DNA from: Callorhinchus milii | Taxonomy: Eukaryota | Length of the DNA: 64,000 nt | Direction: 5' to 3' | NCBI RefSeq assembly: GCF_018977255.1 | Contig: NW_024704742.1 | Coordinates: 100,256,001-100,320,000 of the forward strand | Part shown: positions 14,230 through 26,610 of the stretch, in pieces | Numbering within the stretch: the first letter of the stretch is position 1 | How the letters are laid out: each line of letters begins with the position of its first letter | The notes under the pieces: model-generated | What the model saw: the letters and a program-made list of their open reading frames with translations, nothing else | Told to the model about the DNA's origin: nothing | Database searches by the model: none | Program-made: the position numbers and the translations under genes

Positions 14230-14870
14230 ATTCATACACGTTGATCTTCTATAAGAATGTGGTTAGATCACAGTTGGAGCATTATGTACAGTTCTGCAAT
14301 TGCCCAATTATAGGGAGAATAAAAAAGAATGAGAAAATGCAGTGTAGATTCACCAGAATATTTCCAAGGATGCAGAGTTTGGGTAATGGAAAGAGAATTC
14401 AGAAACCAGGTTGTTTTCATTACGTCTGTGGTTAAAAGGTGATTTGCTAGAGGTCTTCAAGATTATGGAGCTTTATGATAGGGTAAATAGTAATAGATTA
14501 TTGTAACTGGTTAAGGAACCAATAAGTAGAGGGCGCAAATACAAGAAACAGTAGAACCCTGCTATAAAGCACTTTGTTAGAACGCCTTTTGTTTATGACA
14601 TGATTGGGTTGTGGAGCCTAAAATGTTGAACCTAGAAACCCAATATCCTGGACTCGCACCATTCAAAGCACATCGACCGACCAGTTTCATGCACAGAGAT
14701 AAGAATTTCAAAGAGAAGCTCAGAGAAAATTCTTTACAGAGAGTGGTTGGAATGATGAATCTTCTGCCACAAACCATAGTTGAAGCAGCGACCATAAATT
14801 CTTTCAATAGGGAATTGGATAGATGCTTGACGAGTGGAAATATTGGGACATGGTACGAGAAATAAATCCG
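14230..14870 (+). mobile_element. Old CR1 3' fragment containing a ~150-bp insertion
   Basis: YKNVVRSQLEHYVQF, QCRFTRIFP, QRVVGMMNLLPQTIVEAATINSFNRELD. The insertion starts CAGTAGAACCCTGCTATAA at 14549, resembling a pogo/Tigger terminal repeat. Confidence 0.75.
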
Positions 14871-16388
14871 TACTGTGGCTAATAAAATAGCTGCACAACT
14901 TGTAATTTGAATAGAAGTTCAATTTGTGTAAATCGTTTGCAGCAATTACTTTGGGGCCTTTTCCTGCAATTAGATCTGGCTGCTACAGTGATACTGGGGG
15001 TGGGGGATGGGGAATGTGGTGCGTGATAATGTTCACCAAAATAATTAGCACATCACAAACCGCACTATATTCTCCCCATTCTCCAACTCCCCCACCTCAC
15101 CCCCCTTCCCAGTTGAGTACAATTTATTCAACTGTTTCTTTTACAGTACGTAAATATTATTCTACCATTGATTTTCAGGTACTAAAACCTGGATACTGGA
15201 AATGTTATACGGTTATAGTGTGCAGTGTATTTCCTGGACTGCAGCTGCCGCTGATCAATAACATATAATGTACTGCTGGATTATCAGCGCACAAGTCGTT
15301 GGAGAGAGATTCCCTCTCTACGCAATTTCAACATTTTGTTTCCCTGATAGTTCAGACTGAAACAAACCAATGTAAACTGAAACACAGACATTGTCAATAT
15401 TTAAACACAATTCTAGAAATGCACATTGCCAAAATATATTGAAAGCTTCTTACCGTTTATGAGGCACAGGTAATCTGAATCCTGTAATTTGCAGTCCTGC
15501 TCAATGATTTATTATTCAATATGTGGTTTACATTAACAGAGTTGCACGGCTTCACTTGACATCACAACTGCAAAGAGTAAATCTCAGGTCATTTTATTAA
15601 CCTTAAAATTATTTGCTTGTCTTCTGAGGTACTCTCAACCATCTATTATACACTCGATGCAATTATGTGCTAATAAAAGATTTCCTTTTACAATGACTTA
15701 CTGATTTCTTTTGTGTGCAGAATCTGATACCAAGCATTGTGCAGAAAGTACTCCCAATGGCAGAACACAACTTGATGGCGAGATGTGCCACAGGATTATA
15801 TTACACATAAAATGGGAACATAAACATGTCCAGGAGCAGAAAAAACCACTGCAGTTGGTTTGGCCTACCCATTATTAAATACCATCTTTTTCTGTATCCC
15901 TCATATAATGCAATCCACTTTGCAGTAAAAAAATCTATCCAATTCCACCTTGAAACTGTCCACAATATCCTTGAGCAAACTGTATTTTTAACTAACCACC
16001 TTTATGTAAAATATGTCAATCAAAACTGGCTATTTCACCTGCCTTTTCTGAGTTTGAGAGCACAAATCCTCCTCGTCTATTTGACCAGACTGAATAATAA
16101 TAATAAACGCCTTTCGCGTCAAGAAGACATCTAAAATTACTTCACTGTAAAGTTCAGTGACTGTATTTTCTAGCAGTGGTAGAATTTTACGCTATGGTAC
16201 AAATTATCTCATATTCTCATATACTTACATAACTACAGCATTGTATTGTGATACCGTTGACGTTTTCTTGTGTAACAGCCAATGGGTCAGTATCCCTCCT
16301 GCTTTACACAATGCTTTTTAAAATGACGTGCACTAGTTTACTAAGATAAGGTTTGTGGAGAAGAGTAAATTTGGTATTTTAAGAAGTT

Positions 16389-16715
16389 GGAGTCCTGTAG
16401 CTCAGTGGTTAGAGCACTCGCTTTGCAAGCGAGAGACCTGAGTTCAATTCCAGGCAGGGCGAAACCTTGGGCAAGTTTCCTTACTCCACACGCCTAATAA
16501 TAATCCCTCCAAAACCAAAAACAATAATAAAAATTGGTCATTTTCAATCTACGACTGTTTGTGGGACATTGCTGTGCGCAATTGGCTGCCGCGTTCGCCC
16601 ACAAATATACAGTCAATTCACTTTACAGTGTGTTCTGTGAAGCGCTTTGGGACGTCCTCCAAACGTGAAAAGCGCTATATCAAATGCAAGGATTGTTATT
16701 ATTATTATTATTATT
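16389..16715 (+). mobile_element. Full-length tRNA(Ala-like)-headed SINE, short subfamily
   Basis: A box TAGCTCAGTGG, TTGCAA anticodon-like loop, B box GAGTTCAATTCC, L2-like 3' end, (ATT)n tail, TSD AAGTT at 16384-16388 and 16716-16720. Confidence 0.93.
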
Positions 16716-16784
16716 AAGTTCAGTTTTCTACAGGTTCATAACTGGTGATCATATACACACAAATTCACAACAATAATAATAATC

Positions 16785-18190
16785 CCCCACCTCCTGCACT
16801 GTTTCCTCTAGCCCCCACTGTCTCCGTCCTTGCAGGCTGACTAACTGCTTGCCCCTAGTCTCGGCATGCACATTTTGGCTGCCTCCCCCGACCCGAGCTG
16901 CTTTCCCCCCAAATGCCCCCATTGCTCTCCGCTACCCATATCACTCCTACTATGTCTTTCTCTCCCTCCGTCCTCTTCGCCTCCTATCCCCACTTGATGT
17001 CCCACAGACTCCCTCTGCTCCGTCGGGCTCACCGTCGCATTCACAGTTGGCTGTCCCTCAGCAGCCATTCTGACTGCCCCATGCCCCATTATCACCACAA
17101 GGCCCCAAACTTCGGGGCAAACCTCTCCTCCTTCATTCACATTCCCACCCTCCCTGTCAATCCTCCCCACCCACCCGTCTCACATGTTCCTCTGCCAACT
17201 GTCCCCTCCACATTGCTATACAAAATGTACTCTCCCTTTCCAACAAAGCCCAGGACCTCATCGTTGATGGAAACATTAATATCCTCGCCATTACAGAAAC
17301 TTGGATCACCCCAGGTGACACCTTCTCCCGACTGAGGCCACACCACATAGCTATACCTTCCACTATACCCCATGATCCAACCACCATGGTGGTGTGCCTC
17401 ATCTCCAAGTCCTCACTTGCCCTATCCCCTTACTCTTCCAGTTCCTTTCCCTCTTTCAAACACCTTACCCTCTACCATCCCTCCAATCTTTCCCTTAAAA
17501 TACTCCTTGTTTATTGCCCTCCCAAATCCTCCCCATCTTCCTATCTGACGTCTCCACCCTTCTATCTTCCCTCTGCCTCTGTTCTGAATGCCTCCTCATC
17601 CTAGGTGACTTCAGCCTGCACTTCACCCCCTCTTGCTCTATCTCCATTGACCTCCTCCCTCCTCTCCTCTCACAACCTCTTCCTCCACATCTACTCCCCC
17701 ACACACATACATGCCCACCCGCTTGATCTGGTGATTACCTGGGGCCTCAGCGACTAGGACCTCACCACCACTGACAAAGCCATCTCGGACCATTACTTCA
17801 ACTCCCTTAACTCCTGAAACCCTCCCATTAGCCTACCAACCCTCAGAGGATAGAGTTCAAAATCCTTGTCCTCATGTTCAAGGCCCTCCATGGCCTTGCC
17901 TTTCCCTACCTCTGTGACCTGCTGACCCCATACCAATCTGTCCAATCCCTCCCTTCAGCAGGCTGTGGCCTACTCCACCTCCCCCACCCAGCCCATCCCA
18001 TCATCGCTGGCCAGGCCTTCAGCCTCTCTGCTCCCACCCTTTGGAACTCCATCCCAAATTCCCTTTGCCTCACTCCCTCCCTTGTCTCCTTCAAGGCACG
18101 TCTCAAGACCCTCCTCTTCGATTGCACCATCCCACCATCCCCGCACCCCACTCGGGTCAAAATCATCCTGACGTGAAAGGCATTATACAA
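16785..18190 (+). mobile_element. L2-family LINE remnant: APE endonuclease region joined to the 3' end
   Basis: Frameshifted motifs ILAITETW, LILGDF, SDHY (about 17270-17800), then [31 protein letters not shown] and the L2 tail. Confidence 0.8.
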
Positions 18191-19139
18191 AGTAAGTTTG
18201 TATTGTAATCCTTGCACTTAACATAGCACCTTGTCACATTGTTGAGATGTCACAAAGCATGTCACAAGATATATGGTAAAGTTTAGTGACTGTGTGTATT
18301 TTGTGGGAAAACAGATTGGAACCAGTACAGTGTATTTGGCAGGCAAACAGGTTGCAAGCACATCATAGTTGTCAGTGTCTTTGTCTATGCTAGAACAGTA
18401 GAGGGTGCCAGACAGTGAGGCTAAATACTGTACAGTACTTAAATATCTTGTTCTGACAGGATAAAGCCTTAGTTCCAATAAAAAATAAAAATTTTAACCA
18501 AGCAATGGTATCAAAAAATACCTTTTTGATGAATACTTAAAGGGAAAGGTCATAAAGGTCTAGTAGTGTTCAATTCCAGTGTAAGTTAACCTCTTTGAAT
18601 AAAGCAAAATAACATCTTATGCAAAGTCAAATGATTTGAAAAATTGGGTAATATTTGCAAATGTGATAATGAATCAATGGAAATTAAAAACTGATCATAG
18701 ATTGCAGTACTGCATACTTGTAACCAGATCTTTATTAAGCAAATATCTTGCAGTCTGTATAGAATCCCCCCCCAAAATCTTGTGATTCTGGTGTGTAAGA
18801 TATTGCTTCTTGCTATTCTGCTCCTTTCCAGTTTTCAAAGCACAAAGTTGTCCAGCTGCCTTGAGTGCTGGATCAATGCTTGCGATGTGTTGAAGAGTGG
18901 TAAAAGTTTGTTTTTTTGGTGCTTTCTTGTACTGTGTATCATTATCTTTTCACTTTCTGCTCAGTACCACATTTATAAATGGAGTTCTTATGTGGCGGTC
19001 TTTTGGCTCAGCATAAAATGCATGTTTTGAATGGCTAAAACCATAATTAAATAGTAATATTTACTGTAGCAGGGAATTGTTATCAGCAACTGATCCATAC
19101 CATTTCTGTAAAGTGCTTTGAGATTTTTATCCTACAAGT

Positions 19140-20035
19140 GTGCAATTTAAGTCCTGGATGAGGGCAAACTTCCTACAGTTGAATGTGAACAAGACTGAGG
19201 CCCTCCTGATTGACTCGCGCCAGCGCCTCAGCACCTCAGGCTCTGGCAGCAGCAACCTCCATGGTTACACACTTCAACTCACCAGCCAGTCAGGAACCCA
19301 GGTGTCTTGTTCAACTCTCAACTGTCTTTTCTTCCCCACATCCAAGCCATGACCCGCTCTGCCTTCCCTCACCTCCGTAACATCACCCGACTCCGCCACT
19401 ACCTCAGCCCTCAGGCCACTGAAACTCTTGTTCATGCCTTCATCTCCTCCAGGCTCGACTATGCAAAAGCCCTGCTTGTCGGCCTTCCCAACTCCTCCCT
19501 CCACAGGCTGCAGATCATCCAGAACTCTGAAGCCCGTGTCCTCTCCTGCACCAAATTCCGTGACCCCATCTCCCCCACTCTCACCCAATCCATTGGCTCC
19601 CTGTCCTTCAGAGGATCCAGTTCAAGATCCTTGTCCTCACCTACAAAGCCCTCCATGGCCTCGCCCCATCTACCTCTGCGACCTCCTAACCCCCTACCAA
19701 CCTGCCCGCTCCCTGCGCTCAGCCGGCTCTGGCCTGCTCCACATCCCCCAACCCACCCGCCCCACCATTGGTGGGAGAGCCTTCAGTCACTCTGCCCCCG
19801 ACCTCTGGAATTCTATTCCCCAGTCACTCCGCCTCACCCCCTCCTTAGCCTCCTTCAAGTCCTGCCTCAAAACTCTCCTCTTCAATCATGCCATCGGCCA
19901 CCTCCCTTCCCCTCCCCTCCCTTCTCCCCCCACTGACCCCAGCTCGGGTCCGATATGCTATACACTGTCCAGCGCCTTGGGACGTCCTCCTGACATGAAA
20001 GGCGCTATACAAATGTAATCTTGTTGTTCTTGTTG
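19140..20035 (+). mobile_element. L2-family LINE 3' fragment
   Basis: SWMRANFLQLNVNKTEALLI, LVHAFISSRLDY, GRAFSHSAPDLWNSIP; tail GGGACGTCCTCCTGACATGAAAGGCGCTATAC. Confidence 0.92.
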
Positions 20036-20328
20036 CATTAAACTGTCCATGAGACATTAAATGTAAGGATTATTCTTTTACTTAATGTGCCATTCTTGAT
20101 CAATACAAATTCAGTTTGCTTCAATAATACCAAAGATAGCAGCAATCTGCATTACTTCCAACTCACCTAGCACCTCCCAACCTCTCCAACCTCTCTGCCT
20201 CAATTCCTCTCAAGGCAGGCAAGAAGAATTGCCCTTCTTGCCTGCCTTTAGATCACAGGGATAAGATTAGAGTCCAGAAGAATACATATACTGGGAAGCA
20301 TGTAGTAGTCATTCATGTTAGGGTAAAA

Positions 20329-20400
20329 CAGGGTGGTCCAACTAATGGCCCACGGGCCACATCCGACCCAGGGGCCACTTTTATCCATCCCACACCCCTC
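20329..20400 (+). mobile_element. hAT (Buster/Charlie-like) terminal sequence
   Basis: CAGGGTGGTCCAACTAATGGCCCACGGGCCACATCCG, similar to the reverse complement of 26545-26584; preceded by GGGTAAAA (nnnTAnnn). Confidence 0.65.
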
Positions 20401-21477
20401 CCTCCCTCCATTTCATCTGGCCGACCTGCTCCCTCCATAACCCTTCAAAATAAAAAAAATTAGTCACTCAATCCACCACTGTTTGTGGGACACTGCTGTG
20501 CACAATTGGCTGCCGCATTTCGTCCACAAAATATACAGTCAATTCATTTTGCAGTGTATTTTGGGAAGCGCTTTGAGACATCTCAAAGATGTGATAAGGC
20601 ACTATATCATATGCAAGGATTATTTATGGTAACTCGTAAATGTTATGTTTCTGTAATGTTGCTTATGCGGCCCATGGACGTTTCTCAAAAGGGGTATCAG
20701 GCCCTCAGCAGCTAAAAGATTGGGCCTCCCTGGAGTAAAGTAATAATATTGAAGCTCGCAACTTAAGCTTATTTCTTTTTGGTTTAAAATTGCCTAATTT
20801 TTTTCCCTTTTGCATTGACTTCCCTAAACACAGTGAATGGTCTTGAGACAATAAAGTATCAGTGGGCTTTAGGTAGTTTGCCCAGATCCCATTCTTCATA
20901 CGCGAGTTGTTACCAGTCAGAGTTGGTGATCAATTCAACCACAGGGATGGGCTTTGCAGCCAACCTCGTTCCTGTCCTTATCTTAGTTCTACACATCTCT
21001 ACTTTACAACTCAGACTAAACAAAAGTAGGCTGGCTGGACTTTTCCTCTCATTCTTAAAGAAGTTCCTCTCTTGCACAGTGGGCTTCCTCTCATTGCACA
21101 ACACTGGAGAACTACAGCTGCAAATTCAGTGTCCCAGTATCACTGTGCCTTGGCAATCCTGGTACTTAAAAAAGTATACCAAACAGCTGTGTAGAGGAGC
21201 AGAAGCATATTTAGATTTTACCTGAGCCCCACCTATTTCTTTATAAAAATAATCCTTATTATTTTTTATTTACAACGGAAACACTTCTAAATCATCTAAA
21301 TGCCATTATTCTAATGTAATAATGTTTTGCTGTTGTGTGTGGTTCTAGAGAAAAAGCCTATTCTTGGCTACATCAATTGCCTGTGTACGTTTTGATATTT
21401 TCATACTTCTCCATCGCTTTTGTAAGAGGAAGTAATATGGTTCATATTTATCATTCCATTCCCACTTACCAGAATTG

Positions 21478-21512
<35 letters not shown>

Positions 21513-22299
21513 GGGCGGGGGGTGGAGTTGGGGTTCTCCCCTTCTCTTCATTGATTTATATTGGTGTAAAATTCCATGTCTCCAGTCATCCTCTGGTACT
21601 TTCCCCATTCACATATAGTCTGGCTGATGGCAGGCTGGAGGCAGGGTGTTGGCTGGGGCGATTGCTGGCTGGGGATTGTGTGCGGTCTGAGGGTGTGGGT
21701 AGCTGGGGCCGGTACTGGTTGGGGTTTGGGTGCTGTTTGGGGGTGGGGGGGAAGCTGGGGCAGGTACTAGCTGGGGGTGATGTCTGGACCAGGGGGCTGG
21801 CTGGGTTAGGGGCGGGGTGATTGCTCGGGGGCAGGGGCGGGGGGCTGGCTGGTGGTAAGGGCGGGGTGATGGCGGAGGCCTGGCTGAAGTTCCAAAGGGT
21901 GGGAGCAGAAAGGCTGATGGCCCAACCACAGTCTGCTGACGGAAGAGTCTTAATACATGCAGCCAGCAAACTATTAACATGCAAAATTCAGCCACGCAGT
22001 TGTCAGTGTTCAGCATAGTGCCACAGGTTCCCTCACTCAGCATTCCACTGGATGTGCGGAGTCCGCTGCTGTTGTTGTGAAGAATAACTAATCGTTGAGC
22101 AGTTTTGCAACTCAAACTCGAAAGTCGAAGACCTTCTCAACAGTCCAAGAGGTGCTGCGTGCCAGGAGTGAGGGCAAAAAGATACATCTCTCCAGCACAT
22201 CTGATCCCTTCAGGTGCATAAAATGGAACAGAAAATCTGCCTGAAACCTTGCAGAATCAAGCTAGGTTTGATGAGACTTGGGAGACAGCACGTGCTACA

Positions 22300-22602
22300 A
22301 GGAGAGAGGGGGTGTGCAGTGAGGAGTGAGGAGAAGTACAGTGAGTCGTGAGAAGATGTAAAGTGAGGAGAGAGGAGATGTACAGTGAGGAGATGAGCAG
22401 TGAGGAGAGAGGAGATGTGCAGTGAGGAGAGGAGATGTGCAATAAGGAGAGAGATGTACAATGAGGAGAGAGGAGATGTGCAGTGAGGAGCGAGATGTGC
22501 AGTGAAGAGAGAGGAGATGTGCAGTGAGGAGAGAAGAGATGTGCGTGAGTGGAGAGGAGATGTACAATGAGGAGAAAAGGGATGTGCAGGGAGGAGAGAG
22601 GA
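22300..22602 (+). repeat. Purine-rich minisatellite, unit ~GATGTGCAGTGAGGAGAGAGGA (~22 bp)
   Basis: About 13 tandem units. Further units at 23353-23412, 24014-24085 and near 24470. Confidence 0.9.
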
Positions 22603-23352
22603 CATCAGTGATAGGAAAAATTTTAGAATTGTTGATTAAGGATGTGGTAGTGCGGTATTTAGAGGATCACAATATAATTAAGCCAAGTCAACATCGCTTT
22701 ACAAAAGGTAAGTCATGTTTTACAAATCTCATAGAATTTTTTGAGGATATTTCGAGTAAACTAGATAAGGGTGAATCAGTGGATGTGGTCTATTTGGACT
22801 TCCAGAAGGCACTTGATAAGGTGCCGCATAAAAGGTTAGTCCAAAAGATAGGGGGCCATGGAATTGGGGGGGGAGCATATTAACATGGATTGGGGAATGG
22901 TTAACGGGTAGGAAGCAAAGAGTAGGGATAAACGGGTCCTTTTCAGATTGGTGGAATGTGACTAGTGGAGTGCCACAAGGATCAGTCCTTGGGCCTCAGC
23001 TATTTACCATCTGCATCAACGATCTAGATGAGGACATCGAAGTTAATATATCTAAATTTGCGGATGACACAAAACTAGGAGGAAGTGTCAACACAGAGGA
23101 CGACATTAAAAAAATGGAGCGAGACATAGATAGGTTAGGTGATTGTGCAGGTAGGTGGCAGATGAAGTATAATGTAGGGAAGTGCAAAGTCATCCACCTC
23201 GGTAGCAAAAACAGTAGAGCGGGTTATTTTTTAGAAGGGGAGAGATTGGAATGTGTTAGTGTCCAGAGGGACTTGGGTGTCCTTGTACACCAATCACAGA
23301 AAGTTAGTCTGCAGGGCAGCAGCAATTAGGAAGGCGAACGGTATGTTAGCAT
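22601..23352 (+). mobile_element. Internal CR1 RT fragment, truncated at both ends
   Basis: TSVIGKILE, SQHRFTKGKSCFTNLIEFFE, VDVVYLDFQKALDKVPHKRL, SGVPQGSVLGP, KFADDTKL. Highly similar to 372-1220. Confidence 0.95.
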
Positions 23353-24089
23353 GTGCAGTGAGGAGGGAGGGGGTGTGCAGTGAGGAGAGAGGAAACATGC
23401 AGTGAGAAGAGAACAGCTGTGGTTCCTCATCAGATAAGGTTGACGTCGTTGAGACGTCTCAAAGCATTCGTGTTCTGTTTAAATGTGAGTTCTGCCATCT
23501 CCACAGCCTGACTCTCAGCATAGTCTCAACAATTTGTTGAAGTCCACTCAAGCATCCACTCTGGAGATCCCAGCACTCAGTACCTCTCCCCACCGTTCTC
23601 CCCTTAAGCTGGTTAATTTTCCTACTCATGTTTATATATGGTACTTGGATAGCTGACAGGCTCATAATCTAGACAGAATTTAATGATTTAATTTAATAAT
23701 TTAACAGAGTTTAATGTTGACAGCAAGCTGTCACTCAGCATTACAATATATAATAATATTCCTTGCATTTGATATAATGCTTTTCACATTTTCGAGCCAT
23801 CTCAAAGCGCTTCACGGAATATACTGTGAAGTGAATTGACTGTATATTTGTGGGTGAAACGCGGCAACCAATTGCGCGCAGCCATGTCACACAAACAGTC
23901 GTGGATTGAAGTGACCAATTTATTTTTTTTTTCTTCTTGATGGATTATTATTCCACTGGATGTGTAGAGATCTTGCAGAATTCTCAGCTAGGTTTGATGA
24001 GACTGAGGAGGCAGGATGTGCTATGAGGAGAGGAGATATGCAGTGAGGAGAGAGGAGAAGTGCCATGAGGAGAGAGGGGATGTGCTGTC

Positions 24090-24450
24090 TTTTCTTTATA
24101 CTGTATAGTAGATTGACTTTGTATTTTGTGGGCAAAATGCAGCAGCCAATTGCATACAGCAATGTGCCACAAACAGCCACAAAGTGAGTGACCAACTTTA
24201 TCCAAGGGATTGTTGGCCAGACTAGGGAGAAACTCCCTTTTCTTTTCGAATAGTGAGTGGGATCTTTAATGTCCACCTGAACAGGTAGATGGGACCCTAA
24301 TGTTTCATACAATGGACGGCATCTCCAACAAAGAAACGCACCCCCATCACTGCATTGGAGCGTCATCTTAGACTATGTGATTCCTAGTCGCTACGTGAGA
24401 CTTTAATCCACCACCTTCTGACTCAGAGACAAGAGTGCTACCACTGAGTC
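24090..24450 (-). mobile_element. Deu-domain-type SINE
   Basis: Reverse-strand match to 13128-13545 (GGGATCTTTAATGTCCACCTGA; CCTTCTGACTCAGAGACAAGAGTGCTACCACTGAG). Confidence 0.75.
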
Positions 24451-25597
24451 ACATTGATGCACATCGAATATGCAGTGAGGAGAGGGAGAGGGGATATGTT
24501 GTGGGAGGAGGGGGAGAGTCATTATGGTTGACTTTCAGATAATACTTTTAAGGAATTGTCTGGCAATTGAGGGCCAAGACAACCCTGTGCAGAGAGAAAT
24601 CCACCAGGACTGGGCCAACAGGGAGTAAAACAACAATAAATTTGCCTTTCATGTTGGGAGGACATCCCAAGGCACTGGACAGTCAGGGATTTGGACCCAA
24701 ACGGGGGGTTGGGATCAGGAAGGGTGGAAGGTATGGAGTGTAGAGGTAGGAGGGTGACCAAAGGTATGATCGAAGAGGAAGTTCTTGAGATGGGCCTTGA
24801 AGGAGGCAAGGGAGGGAGAGAGACGAAGGGACTGTGGGGGCAGAGAGGCTGAAGGCCCGACTGTCAATGGTGGGATCATCAAGGTCATCATCAGCAGTAT
24901 CAAAAAGATCCCTGAGTTCCTCAATTCATTCGACATGTCGTGCTGTTCAAGGCTAGCCACACTGATTGAGAAACTTACCTCATTAGACCAAATGATTGAG
25001 TACACTGAAGTAAGGGTAACTACAGGGGAGACACTGACCTAAAGGAGATGGTAATATAGGAAACACTTGGAGTGTGGCCCCAATGTAATCATGTCAGTGC
25101 TGTACGGATACTTCACATGTCTAGCCATTGAACTCAGTTCCTCTCTATTTAACGCTTGATTAATTCAAAGCATTCACAAGGAGAGTTTGACTGATTCCAT
25201 CAATACACCCCACACTGTCCCATCTCCCTACTTTATCAAGAGGGAGACCTGGAATGAATGATGACCTTGTTAGAAAAATTATGCCAGCTCTTGTGTGGGT
25301 GTGCTGATTCCTGCCCCCTACCCCCGCAATATGTTTTACGAACTCTATTCTGAATTTTTTAAGTGTCATAAATGGAATTCTGGCCTTCCGATTTACATTT
25401 TATAAATATCTAAGCCTTTGTAACTGCATCCAACAGTTAGTGAGCCGCAATCTACAGCTCTTTAGCTGACCCTGGGAAGAAGAGCAATTTTCCCCCAAAA
25501 GCTTTGTATATGCAACAAACGTAAAAAATGAGCCTTGCAAGTCAAATGTCTTAACTCCCCCAGTGCTGGAACATATTGCATTTTTCTTAAAAAAAGT

Positions 25598-25638
25598 ATC
25601 TTCTCTGCCTTTTAGCTAAGATCAAGTGTAGTTTCTGT
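25598..25638 (+). pseudogene. U2 snRNA 5' fragment (about the first 40 nt)
   Basis: ATCTTCTCTGCCTTTTAGCTAAGATCAAGTGTAGTTTCTGT versus U2 ATCGCTTCTCGGCCTTTTGGCTAAGATCAAGTGTAGTATCTGT. Similarity stops afterwards; no Sm site. Confidence 0.8.
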
Positions 25639-25824
25639 GGTTAGCAGCTACTCATTGAGCTAGCAAATGCCAGGAAAGTGCTCCTGTTAAGATTCACTTG
25701 TGGAAGCACAGTCATGACCAAATCTTACCCATAAATGGGGTATTAATCTCCTTGCCTGGCTCCACTGGCTCTCCATCCCCCAGAGCATAGAGTTCAAAAT
25801 CCTCATCCTCGCCTTCAAAGCCCT

Positions 25825-26584
25825 CAGAGATATCCTTGACACAACTCACAATAGTTCGCCTTGACAAGCTAATGTTCTCGAACTGTTTTTTCTTGTTTAG
25901 GCATAAAATCGAAGCAGAGTCAACCATACATTCCTTTATAGATTCTCCTTCAGAGAATGGTTTGCTGATCTTGGCAATTTTGTGTGCGATCACATAACTC
26001 ACTCTTGTAATCTCATCCTGGGATGCAAATTGCTTTGTGAAAATGCTTTGCTCTTTTTGCATTCGAACAACCATGTCATCAGCTTTCTTTCCTTTTTCTT
26101 CGGCAGAAACATTTTTATATTTGCAAGCATGTTTGCTCTCAAAATGACGATTCAAGTTGTAGTCTTTGAGCACTGCCACACTTTCTTTGCAAATTAAGCA
26201 CACAGCTTTTCCACTCACACTGGTAAAAAAAATTTAGAAGTCCACTCTCTGTTGAATATTCATCCTCCAGCGTTCACTTTCTGCTTCTTTGATAAACTCA
26301 TTTCGAATTAGCGTCCTCTTCAGTGAAAAGTATGCCCTGCGCACGTTTGAAAATTTGCCGATCCATACGTTTCTGACGTCAGCCTGATTCAACACTTAAG
26401 GGAACGTGCGCACAACTAAGCAGTGTGATTGGCTGATGTTCCCGATCTGATTCCAATGTGAAATTTGTGCAACATTCTGGAACTGAACGAACTATAATTT
26501 TTTCTATCGCTAGACACAATAACAGGCCGGATAGAATCATTTGGCGGGCCGGATATGGCCCGCGGGCCATCTTTGCCCACCCTG
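25825..26584 (-). mobile_element. Decayed hAT DNA transposon 5' part with GTF2IRD2-like transposase N-terminus
   Basis: Terminus CAGGGTGGGCAAAGATGGCCCGCGGGCCATATCCGGCCCGCC from 26584. ATG at 26301 gives MSLSKKQKVNAGG*IFNREWTSKFF, then a frameshift, then GKAVCLICKESVAVLKDYNLNRHFESKH..KPFSEGESIKECM..ISLSRRTI. Cut at about 25825 by an L2 fragment. Confidence 0.9.
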
Positions 26585-26610
26585 ATCTAATCTCTGTATA
26601 CAGGCAGGCA

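Noticed and set aside
16389..16465. tRNA-Ala gene
   Set aside because: No proper acceptor stem or terminator; continues into SINE body and tail; many copies in the window.
20700..22215. Exon-like - strand stretches (EEWDLGKLPKAH; SWTVEKVFDF)
   Set aside because: Multiple stops and no recognisable family; cannot be supported without a search.
25712..26218. Domesticated GTF2IRD2-like gene
   Set aside because: Stop and frameshift near the start, truncated by L2, terminal repeat still attached, no catalytic domain.
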